Shown: positions 1-9,869, counted from the stretch's first letter. The stretch is DNA of 20,665 nt from Octopus sinensis (GCF_006345805.1 NW_021824019.1:1-20665), one strand, 5' to 3'. The notes: generated from the letters alone by a model not told the origin. Made by a program: numbers and translations.

Positions 1-377
1 TGTGTGAGCAAGCAATGGCAAGTGAAGTATCAGTGAATGTAGTTAAGCAAGTTTAAAGCAAGAGAGATTTATGGTCTTAAAAGTTTTCGCGTAGAAAGTG
101 GTTTGCAGTGAAGATGGCCTCTGTCTTGTGTGTGATGGTAATTTGATTTGATTATTGTGCATCAAGCGCCATCAACACTGGCCGGCCATAACGGATCCGC
201 AGCAAAGACATAGAGCAATGGAAGTTGTTATATTGGTGGTGATTTTATTTGCTTGTGACGGACGGACGGACGTTCTTGCTATAAAATCGAAAATGAAATG
301 ATGGGGGGGATATTGCCATAACGACAGCGTTTATTGGGAGAATGGGTGAGGGAGAGGAAATGAAGGGAAAGTGAGTG

Positions 378-738
378 GGAGGGAGGAGGAGGAGGAGAAG
401 ACAAAGATGAAGAAGAAGGAGAAGGAGAAGAAGAACAAGAACAAGAAGAACAAGAAGGACAAGAAGCAGAGGAAGAAGAAGGAGAGGAAGAAGAAGAGGA
501 AGAGGAAGAAGAAAGCAAAGAAGAAGGCGAAGAAGAAGAAGAAGATGATGAAGAAGAAGGAGAAGAAGAAGTAGAAGGAGAAGGAGAAGTGGATGAAGAA
601 GGAGAAGGAGAAGGCAAAGAAGAAGAAGAAGAAGAATGCGAAGAAGAGGATGAAGAAGAAGAAGGAGAAGGAAAAAAGAAGAAAAAGAAGAGGAGGAGGA
701 CGAGGAGGAGAAGAAGGAGAAAAAAGAGAGAGGAAACG
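378..738. repeat. Polypurine (GAA/GGA/AAG)n low-complexity tract
   Basis: About 360 bp, almost all purines on the + strand, in imperfect GAA/GGA triplets. It explains ORFs 245..934, 279..617, 331..789, 371..574 and 589..783. Confidence 0.95.
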
Positions 739-856
739 AAGAATAGCTATATGGGAAAGTTGATAATGAAGAGCAAACAATGACAGCAACTGACTGAATT
801 AAGTGATGTTGGTTGGGTGGGTGGGGTGAGATGTTAAGGGGGTTACTCAGTGATGG

Positions 857-1408
857 AGATGCTACATGTTTGTTGGGGAAGGTGTTGGTAAAATAGTGTT
901 TCATGTCAGTCAGTAAAAGAAGGGGATGCTGCATGTCTGCCAGGGAAAAGGTGTGCTACATGGCTGCCAGTGAAAGGGTGTGCTACATGTCTAACAAAAA
1001 TTTAAAAAAAGCTCTGCTACATGTACACCAGTTGAAGGATGCGCTACATGTTTGTTCAGTGACAGTGTGTTCTACACGTTTGCCAGTGAAAAGTTGTGTT
1101 ACATAGCTGCTAATGAAAGGTTGTGCTACATGTCTGCCAACAACAACAACAAAAGTTGTGCTACATGTGTACCAGTTGAAGGATGTGCTACATGTTTGTT
1201 CAGTGACAGATTGTTCTGCATGTTTTCCAGCGAAGAAAGGTGTGCTACATGTTTGCCAGTGGAAAGAGTGTGCTACATGTTTGTTGGTGAAAGGAATGTT
1301 TGTTAGTGAAGGGAATGCTGCATGTCTGTCAGTGCAAATTAGCGCTACATGCTTGTTAATGATGAAAATGCAACATGTTTGGTAATGAAGTGGGTGCTAC
1401 ATGTTTAC
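857..1408. repeat. Degenerate ~27-bp minisatellite (core TGCTACATGT) with 143-144-bp higher-order period
   Basis: Core at 927, 954, 981, 1015, 1042, 1070, 1097, 1124, 1159 and onward. Offsets 927->1070, 954->1097 and 981->1124 are 143; 1015->1159 is 144. Confidence 0.9.
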
Positions 1409-2240
1409 CAAATTAGAAAATAAAGCCTTAATGGAAAAGAGTAGAAAGATTGGAACAAGCTTTAAAAGCAAAAATAATGGAGGTTGTTCTTGACTGATTC
1501 ATAAATGAAAGACATGTTTTATGATAAGCTCAGTTTCTGGCTTTGAGAAGACAATTAGTGCTTTATAGAATGAATGATGACACTGACAAAATTGAGGCAA
1601 TGAATCTATAGGTGTAAAAGTCTACAAAGAATTTGCTATTCCCATATAACTCTATAGAATTACTTAAAACCACTCACTTCCTGTAAATCTATGACGTGCT
1701 CAACCTGATGGCATGGTTCTGACAAAAAAATAGGAAAATTCTATAATCAGAAAATGGACCCAAAATTGCAAAATCTATAGATAAAAGTCCTGATCCTTAA
1801 TCTCGATAAAATGTTGATTCCATAAAACCATTATTTGTGGAAGAAAGTCACATTTGATTGATTCCACCCTGAGTACATAAGTTCTTAGTTTATTGATTCT
1901 GATAAAAGCAAGTGATGGCGGCAAACATTTTACCAATCTTACCAAAGTTACAACATGTTTTTGCATGTGAAGAGGAAAGAATATAAATGTATATACTGAC
2001 ATTTATTTCACTAAAATTTAGTTTAACGACTCTGGTGACCCTGGAAGGTTCAATTCAAAAGCTGACTTTCGTAAGATTTGAAACCAGAAAATTAAATATA
2101 GTTATTCATTTTATTTGTCACCTTAATGATTGCACCAGTATACCCTACAGATAACAATGGTTAGGCACAAATATAGGAATTCTCAAGGTAGGGGCTTAAT
2201 CAATAGCATTGGTCCCAGAACTTCATTAGCAGATTAGATA

Positions 2241-2582
2241 CCGGGTTCAAACCTTGCTGACATCACCTTGCGGCTGTGTTGATCAAAGACTTTAAGAGTG
2301 AGATTTGGGAGACAGAAATGCTCAGAAACCTGTTTTTCCTTTGGAATTGTTATGTGTGCATGTGTGTGTGTGTGTGTGTGTGTGTGTGGACGTGTGTGAA
2401 TACTAATGTAAACCAGTATTGTGTGCCCCATTACGTCTAACCCCTCATTTAAATATTCCATATAAAACAGATACCACATTGACCCCATTGTAAGCAGAAC
2501 TTAGGACAAGAGAATCAACTAAAACCATTGTTGGCCGGTGTTCCAGAATGGCCACAGTCCAATAACTGAGGCCAGTAACAAA
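2241..2582 (+). mobile_element. Diverged SINE family B copy (tRNA-like head, central (GT)n, tail)
   Basis: B-box-like CCGGGTTCAAACC. Head resembles the reverse complement of 12690-12830. Tail TTCCAGAATGGCCACAGTCCAATAACTGAGGCCAGTAAC resembles the reverse complement of 12445-12490. Confidence 0.6.
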
Positions 2583-2597
2583 GTAATTTATACATTA

Positions 2598-2637
2598 TGC
2601 CACATGTTTATTAGTGAAGGGATGCTACATGTTTGTG
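2598..2637. repeat. Two orphan monomers of the 27-bp minisatellite
   Basis: TGCCACATGTTTATTAGTGAAGGGATGCTACATGTTTGT matches units at 857-1408. Confidence 0.7.
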
Positions 2638-2674
2638 TGTGTCTGTAGGTTTTCTTTTATTCTTTTACTTGTTT

Positions 2675-2755
2675 ACAGTTGTATACTGGGGGTTGATGCA
2701 ATCAAGTAGCCCTCTCCATGAAATTGCTGGCTTGTATCAAAATTTGAAATCAATA
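2675..2755 (+). mobile_element. SINE family A 3' tail fragment
   Basis: CTGGGGGTTGATGCAATC...AAATTGCTGGCTTGTATCAAAATTTGAAATCAAT resembles the tail at 4896-4968. Confidence 0.55.
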
Positions 2756-4235
2756 TTAACCCTTTTGTTACTGTATTTATTTTGAGATGCTCTGTATTTC
2801 TTTCAATTAATTTTAAATATATCAAAGAATTTAGTAAAATAACTTCGTTATCATTCAGCCAGTGTTAGGAACATAAATTGTGACTAAGGTTTGGTGGAAG
2901 AATTTAATTCAAAACTTTTGAAAACAAGACATTAGTATTACAGAACCAGAGCAGGTTTCAGCTGGGTTGGTATCAAAACGGTTAAGAATTGTTTCTCTAT
3001 TATATATTTTAACTCTTTTGTTACCATATTGCTGTTGAGATGCTCTGTGTTTCTTTTAATTAATTTTAAATTTAACAAAGAATTTAGTAAAATAACTTAG
3101 TTATCATTAAGCTAGTGTTAAGAACATAAATTGTGACTAAGGTTTGGTAGAAGACTTTAATTCAAAACTTATGGAAACAAGACATTTGTACTACAGAGCC
3201 AGAGGCACTTTCAGCCGGGTTGGCATCAAAAGGGTTAAGAATTGTTTCTCTATTATATATTTTAACCCTTTTGTTACCATATTGCTGTTGAGATGCTCTG
3301 TGTTTCTTTCAATTAATTTTAAATATAACAAAGAATTTAGTAAAATAACTTGGTTATCATAGAGATAGTGTTAGGAACATAAATTGTGACTAAGGTTTGG
3401 TGGAAGATTTTAATTCAAAACTTTTGAAAACAAGACATTTGTACTACAGAGCCAGAAGTGGTTTCAGCCAGGTTGGTATCAAAAGGGTTAAGAATTGTTT
3501 CTCTATTATATATTTTAACCCTTTTGTTACCATATTGCTGTTGAGATGCTCTGTGTTTCTTTTAATTAATTTTAAATTTAACAAATAATTTAGTAAAATA
3601 ACTTAGTTATCGTTAAGCTAGTGTTAAGAACATAAATTGTGACTAAGGTTTGGTAGAAGACTTTAATTCAAAACTTATGGAAACAAGACATTTGTACTAC
3701 AGAGCCAGAGGCACTTTCAGCCGGGTTGGCATCAAAAGGGTTAAGAATTGTTTCTCTATTATATATTTTAACTCTTTTGTTACCATATTGCTGTTGAGAT
3801 GCTCTGTGTTTCTTTCAATTAATTTTAAATATAACAAAGAATTTAGTAAAATAACTTGGTTATCATAGAGATAGTGTTAGGAAAATAAATTGTGACTAAG
3901 GTTTGGTGGAAGATTTTAATTCAAAACTTATGGAAACAAGACATTTGTACTACAGAGCCAGAAGTGGTTTCAGCCAGGTTGGTATCAAAAGGGTTAAGAA
4001 TTGTTTCTTTATTAATTATTTTAACCCTTTTGTTGAGATGCTCTGTGTTTCTTTCAGTTACTTTAAATATAACAAAGAATTTAGTAAAATAACTTGGTTA
4101 TCATTCAGTTAGTGTTAAGAACATAAATTGTGACTAAGGTTTGGTGGAAGATTTTAATTCAAAACTTATGGAAACAAGACATTTGTACTACAGAGCCAGA
4201 AGTGGTTTTAGTGGGTTTGATAATGAAAGGGTTCA
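2756..4235. mobile_element. Tandem array of six piggyBac-type MITEs (222 bp) separated by 23-bp spacers; period 253 bp
   Basis: Copies at 2760-2981, 3013-3234, 3266-3487, 3519-3740, 3772-3993 and 4025-4231. Each is bounded by TTAA (last right flank TTCA). TIR CCCTTTTGTTACCA / TGGTATCAAAAGGG matches 13/14. TTAA flanks plus CCC...GGG ends are the piggyBac signature (established). Confidence 0.88.
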
Positions 4236-4371
4236 GAAGGTGAGCTGGCAGAACTGGCGGCACATGAAGCCAAATGCTTAGTGACATTTTGTCCATCTTT
4301 ACATTGAGTTCAAATTCTACCAAAATCAACTTTGTCTTTTACCCTTTTGGGGGGTCAATGAAATAAATACC

Positions 4372-4889
4372 TATTTCTTTACTACGCACAAGGGGCTAAA
4401 CACAGAGGGGACAAACAAGGACAGACAAATGGATTAAGTTGTTTATATCGACCCCAGTGCATAACTGGTACTTATTTAACCCCTTACCCAACAATTATTT
4501 TGAAAATAAATGTATTTTTTCAGACATATTTTTTAATTGTTTTATTTTACTATGTTTTGAATGGTGATTTCGAGGTATATTTCAAACCTTTATTATGAAT
4601 TTTAATTCAATAATATTGATTTTAAATTACGGCATTGGGCAGTAATGAGTTAACCCGTTTTTAGACGAAGGAACTCGTTTGCTGTCGATTTTGGCGAGTC
4701 TATCTTTTGACGAGTTAACTCGCCAGAGATAGAAAAAAACGATTTCGGTCAAAACGCATATATTCGTTTCTGCCGGGTAAGGGGTTAATCGACCCTGATA
4801 GGATGAAAGGCAAAGTTGACCTTGGCGGAATTTGAACTCAGAATGTGGCAGCAGACGAAATACTGCTAAGCATTTCGCCCGGCGTGCTG
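4372..4889 (-). mobile_element. SINE family A, minus strand, interrupted by a MITE
   Basis: Colinear with 17225-17460 and 9629-9831 once 4480-4788 is removed. Confidence 0.9.
4480..4784. mobile_element. 305-bp piggyBac-type MITE (second family)
   Basis: TTAA at 4476-4479 and 4785-4788. Perfect 10-bp TIR CCCCTTACCC / GGGTAAGGGG. The empty site CTTAT-TTAA-TCGACCC is visible in the uninterrupted SINE copy at ~9716-9731. Confidence 0.92.
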
Positions 4890-5446
4890 TTTCTCACTGG
4901 GATTGGTGTCACTGATTTACCTCCTCTACCTGAAATTGCAGACATTGTGCCAAAATTTGAATCCATTGATGGCAACATTGGTGGCACTCACATAGATGAA
5001 CCCACTGACGGCACAGAAACTCATAGCAACAAACCAGATCATTGATGACAACGAAGCAACCGTTTGATGACAAAACACCAACCAGTGACAGAAATATATC
5101 CAGATCATTGATAGCAGACACCAATGTACAGACAGCACTTCTGCCCCTTGGTGGCAATTTGAGGGCAATATATCAACTCATTTGCCTCTCCTTTTTTTAT
5201 AAAAAAAATTATAAGAACAGCACAAACAAGAAGAATATGGTAGAATACAGTCCAAAACAATTCCCTGGCAACTGACAGCAAATTGTGTTTCCTTTGTCTT
5301 GGAGACATGTTTCCTAAGATAATTGAAGCTTTATTAAAAGACATGTTTGTCTCCTCCACCACCGACCAACTCCCACCCCCACCCCAGAAGACTAGTTTAT
5401 TATTGTTCATTCACTTGCTGTGGTCTTTTGTGTTTTTTTCCCCATT

Positions 5447-5519
5447 TATATATATATATATATATATATATGATTATATATATATATATATATATATTAT
5501 ATAGTGTGTGTGTGCATAG

Positions 5520-5552
<33 letters not shown>

Positions 5553-5576
5553 TATTTATATATAATATATTATATT

Positions 5577-5611
<35 letters not shown>

Positions 5612-5762
5612 TGTTATATATATATATATATATATATATAGACAAATTTTATAATATATATATAAATATATACATATATATATATAACATATATATATAT
5701 GTATCTATATATAATAGACATCTTATATATATATATATATATTATATATAGATATATATATA

Positions 5763-5831
<69 letters not shown>

Positions 5832-5834
5832 TAT

Positions 5835-5865
<31 letters not shown>

Positions 5866-5879
5866 CTATATATATATAT
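5447..5879. repeat. Long interrupted (TA)n microsatellite
   Basis: About 430 bp of TA dinucleotides with short interruptions. Confidence 0.95.
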
Positions 5880-6046
5880 GTATGTATGTATATGTATTTG
5901 TTAATTTCTCTTTATTCGATAAGTTTTATTTTATTTTATATTATTTTATTTTTCGAAATCTTGTTCTGGAAAAACTTGGAATGAAAAGAAACCAAAAATA
6001 GGTCAATAGGAAGAGTGAACTCAACCAAGCAAAATACAAAATGTGC

Positions 6047-6047
<1 letters not shown>

Positions 6048-6097
<50 letters not shown>

Positions 6098-6133
6098 TAA
6101 TAACAATACAATAATAGTAATAATAGTAATAAT
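6048..6133. repeat. (AAT)n microsatellite
   Basis: Direct reading of the sequence. Confidence 0.95.
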
Positions 6134-6609
6134 GGAAGTTTTTCAGACGATAGTAAATATAAAGACAACCATTATAAGAAACAATGATATAAATATATAT
6201 AAAATTCAATTCTCTTTATTAAGTCCTTAGTTTTTTTTTGTTTTTTTTTTTATATATATATATATATATATATTTGTCTTGTCTGTGCCATTGACAGACA
6301 ACATAGATATTAACAGAATCGGCATGGAGCATGCACCATTTCCCAAAATACAGAACAGATTCAATGAGTCTCAGAGGAAATGACATAAAAATAAAAGAAT
6401 AAAAAATAAAAAATTAAAAAAAAAATTATTCCACCCCGCCCCACCCCTCCCGATTGTTTTTTATTTATCTGATCAGCTATTTATCAAAATATTTATCTGC
6501 AGTTTGTATCTATCTGGTTGTCTACCGAATGATATACCCATCCATCCGTCTATTTCATTATATTGCTTTCATATCTTCACACTATTGTCTACATATTTGC
6601 ATCCGTGTG

Positions 6610-6648
<39 letters not shown>

Positions 6649-6677
6649 ATCTATTTATACAAATATAGTCGTATGTA

Positions 6678-7496
6678 GTGGGTCATCCGATAAATAATGC
6701 GGGGTTTTTTCAATTGCATGAAGTAAAAGTCGGAAGGGGACAGGATAAACTACCTGCATAAAATTGCTATAAAAGCAGGTAGTAATTTTACCTTGTGTGC
6801 TTATTCTTAGTGCACGTTATGAAGAGTGCAGTTCTATTTTAACAGTTTTTTTTTTTCAAAGCTATAATGGAAGTGACAAAGGAGCATATTCAGCATAGTT
6901 GGCTTTATGAGTTCAATGGATGGATGGAAGCACTCCATCGGTTACGACGACGAGGGTTCCGGTTGATCCGATCAACGGAACAGCCTGCTCGTGAAATTAA
7001 CGTGTAAGTGTCTGAGCACGCCACAGACACGTGCACCCTTAACGTAGTTCTCGGGGATATTCAGTGTGACACAGAGAGTGACAAGGCCGGCCCTTTGAAA
7101 TACAGGTACAACAGAAACAGGAAGTAAGAGTGAGAGAAAGTTGTGGTGAAAGAGTACAGCAGGGATCACCACCATCTCCTGCCGGAGCCTCGTGAAGCTT
7201 TAGGTGTTTTCGCTCAATAAACACTCACAACGCCCGGTCTGAGAATCGAAACCGCGATCCTACGACCGCGAGAGCGCTGCCCTAACCACTGGGCCATTGC
7301 GCCTCCACAATAGAGGTAACAACATGAGTTCAATAAAGGCAACAACACAACAGAAAGTGCAAGGAATATGAATTCAGTATATGAGGATCAGACAATAATT
7401 GTAAGCCAGTGTCAACGGTAGTTCTAGAAATTCTGAGCTGGAAAGTACAGCCTAGAAGACATGTCACATCCTGGAAGATCTGTAGAGCTCAACAAC
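6678..7496 (+). mobile_element. Mariner transposon 5' fragment with pseudogenised transposase N-terminus, interrupted by a SINE
   Basis: TA at 6676-6677, then a TIR-like start. ATG 6867 gives MEVTKEHIQHSWLYEFN; after the insert, from 7335, KGNNTTESARNMNSVYEDQTIIVSQCQR*F*KF*AGKYSLEDMSHPGRSVELNN. This is the typical mariner N-terminal HTH region (LYEF-GNNATE-ARNIN...WF-KF-SG-SLED-PRSGR). Confidence 0.85.
6918..7308 (-). mobile_element. tRNA-derived SINE family E, full length, 11-bp TSD
   Basis: TSD ATGAGTTCAAT at 6907-6917 and 7324-7334. A box TGGCCCAGTGG, B-box-like GTTTCGATTC, CORE-like GTGTTTATTGAGCGAAAACAC, (CCAT) tail. A tRNA-Arg(TCG)-like head is an inference. Confidence 0.9.
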
Positions 7497-8100
7497 AGAT
7501 GCCACATAAACAAACCCTTAAATTCAGTATAATTTTTTTTCTTTTATCTTTTACCTACTCACTGAACCCTTTCACTTTTATTTATGATAAAGGGTATCAC
7601 ACAAAATATCAGATTGTCTTCTGGCATATTTATCTTCATTGAGCACTTCTTTGATTGTTGTTTTTTCCACTTTATATTTCTACCCTGTGTCTATTTCAGG
7701 CACACACTTTCACTTGTCTGACGCCATGTATTATTAGTTTGATTGTCTCTTCTTTGCCTCATAGTCTTATTCATATTATTTCAATGAATTCTCTCTCTTT
7801 CTCTTTCTCTCTCTCTCTACATGCATGCCTGTTATTGAAATTATCTCTTAATCATTCTGTTTCTCACATTTTCAAATTCTCAAAATATCAAATTGATACA
7901 TCATTCTGTATATTAATCAATATACTTATCAATTTGTTTATAACAATCTATTTATCTATTCATCTTCCAACCTTAAGCCTATAACTCAATTTACCTATCA
8001 ATCTATTTAGTTGCCTACCTACACATCATTCACCCAACACTTACCCATCACATTTATTTTCCCATTTACTTTACTATACATATTGATCTGTCTATATATA

Positions 8101-8322
8101 TATGAGGGGTGGGGCTGAAAAGTTCCTGGCTTTGGGTAAAAGAAAATACAGGAGGATCAGTTAATTATGGTTTTATATAACATACTCCCCTCTCAGATTC
8201 GCACACTTATTGCAGCGGTCCTTCAGTTTTTCTAAGCCCTGTAAAAGAACTAGAAAGGTTGGGCCTCCAACCAGGCCTTTTATAATACCTTTAAAACCAG
8301 GAACTTTTCAACACTTCCTCAT
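8101..8322. mobile_element. Mariner-type MITE (~220 bp), copy 1
   Basis: TA-flanked. Imperfect TIR TGAAAAGTTCCTGGCTTT / AAAACCAGGAACTTTTCA. A second copy lies at 13944-14162. Confidence 0.85.
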
Positions 8323-8332
8323 GTATATATGT

Positions 8333-9188
8333 ATATAAATTGTCACCATTTCATATTAATTTCATGCATGTGCATTGTTTGTTTTTAATTTTGTCGACAA
8401 CACAATATAGTAGGGTCAGTTGGGCACCGTCTGTGAGAAAAACAACACTATGACACAATTCACTCAGCCTGAAATTCAGAAACGACATGCTGTGCTGCTT
8501 TGCATTCATGCCAGAAGCTCCAATAAGAACCTTTCAGTGTGTTTGGGTGTCAATCTGAGGACATGTTCTGAGAGTGATAAAAATCAAACATCCAATCAAC
8601 ATCATAGTGTTTGGAGTGATCACTAAAGATAGCAATACTATGCCTCCATTCATCTTTCTACATGGCCTCAGACTCAACATGGAGGCCTACATCAAGTGCC
8701 TGGAGGAAGTAGTGCTGCCCTGGTTCAAGACAGCAGCTGCTGGAAAGCCGTATGTCTAGCAACACAACTCTGTACCATGCCACAAAAGCAGGAGAACTCA
8801 CTCATAGTGTCAGACAATATCTGTGACCACATCACCCCTAACATCTGGCCACCTAACTCCCTACAATGCAACCCCCTTGATTATTGTGTGGGGCGCACTT
8901 GAGCAAGAGACCAGCAAAACTTCTCATAACACCAAAGATGACCTGCAGGAAAGGATTATGGCAGCATTCACCAACTTAAACGAGGAGACCGTCCAGAAGA
9001 GTTGCAGAAGATTCTGAAGTCGTCTGAAGGCCGTGGTTGAAACCAATGGAGATTTTATCGAATAAATTTACTCTTTAAAATTTCAAGATATTTCGATGTA
9101 ATTATGGTAAATATATCTATTAAAATGAAATGTAAGTGTTATTTTCATTTCTGCATAATTCAGATGACAATATATTCACCACACCCTG
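8333..9188 (+). mobile_element. Internally deleted Tc1/mariner element, maT (DD37D)-like transposase pseudogene
   Basis: ATG 8450. After a deletion: KHPINIIVFGVIT...MPPFIF...LPW...GKPYV*QHNSVPCH...WPPNSLQCNPLDY..VWGALE...RF*SRLKAVVETNGDFIE* (stop 9063-9065). Right TIR ends CACACCCTG followed by TA (9189-9190). Left TIR remnant AAATTGTCACC. Stops and frameshifts are present. Confidence 0.88.
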
Positions 9189-9235
9189 TATATATGTATG
9201 TGTATATATATTAATATACATATATATATATATAA

Positions 9236-9458
9236 TTCTTTTATTCTTTTACTTATTTCAGTCATTTGACTGTGGCCATGCTGGAGCACTGCCTTTAGTC
9301 GAACAAACACCAGAGCTTATTCTTTGTAAGCCTAGTACTTATTCTATCAGTCACTTTGCCGAACCGCTAAGTTATAGGGACGTAAACACACCAGCACTGG
9401 TTGTCAAGCGATGTTGGGGGAACAAATATATATACATATACATATACACATGCATATG

Positions 9459-9499
<41 letters not shown>

Positions 9500-9869
9500 A
9501 TATACAACGGGCTTCTTCCAGTTTCTGTCTACCAAATCCTGAGGCAATAGTAGAAGACACTTGGCCAAGGTGCCATGCAGTGGGCCTGAACCCAGGACTA
9601 TGTGGTTGGTAAGCAAGCAAGCTACTTATTTCTTTACTGCCCACAAGGGGCTACAAACAAAGGGGACAAACAAACAGATTAAGTTGATTATATCGACCCC
9701 AGTGCGTAACTGGTACTTATTTAATCGACCCCAAAAGGATGAAAGGCAAAGTCAGAATGTAGCAGCAGATGAAATACCACAAAGCATTTTGCCCGGTGTT
9801 CTAACATTTTTGCCAGCTTGCCGCCCTAAGTAGCAAGCAAGCTACTTACCACACAGCCACTCCTGCACC
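9236..9869 (-). mobile_element. SINE family B, minus strand, interrupted by SINE A
   Basis: Colinear with 12440-12839. Central (TA)n. CORE-like GCACCTTGGCCAAGTGTCTT on the minus strand. Confidence 0.9.
9629..9831 (-). mobile_element. SINE family A nested in the SINE B head, 17-bp TSD
   Basis: AGCAAGCAAGCTACTTA at 9612-9628 and 9832-9848. Confidence 0.9.

Larger units (their letters stand above)
4237..4968 (+). mobile_element. Old SINE family A copy split by a nested insertion (4237-4371 and ~4895-4968)
   Basis: Head GGTGAGCTGGCAGAA...GAGTTCAAATTC...GGGGTCAATGAAATAAATACC. The sequence resumes after the insert with CACTGGG...TTGTGCCAAAATTTGAA. The head aligns to 16351-16500; the tail aligns to 2675-2755. 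Confidence 0.65.

Noticed and set aside
245-934. Long ORFs (229, 112 and 152 aa) as genes
   Set aside because: They are translations of the purine microsatellite (poly-L/F/S/E/K) with no domain.
903-1385. Cys-rich CATC repeats as a metallothionein or zinc-finger protein
   Set aside because: Units of 27, 28 and 34-35 bp shift frame repeatedly, so the motif is spread over all three frames.
857-1408. Array of p53 half-sites (CATG cores)
   Set aside because: Most units read CTACATGT and fail the RRR requirement, and the spacing is not that of a full site.
3144-4112. Repeated MVEDFNSK ORFs as a peptide family
   Set aside because: They start at GTG/TTG, cross TIR-spacer junctions, and recur only because the DNA unit recurs.
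2756-4235. CRISPR-like repeat-spacer array
   Set aside because: The spacers are near-identical to one another, the repeats are 222-bp MITEs, there are no cas genes, and the context is animal DNA.
4845-5045. 66-aa ORF with natural-looking composition
   Set aside because: It is stitched from two SINE pieces and a decayed minisatellite.
7230-7308. tRNA gene (also 15065-15139 and 20470-20540)
   Set aside because: A and B boxes are present but there is no complete acceptor stem, and the sequence continues into a SINE body.
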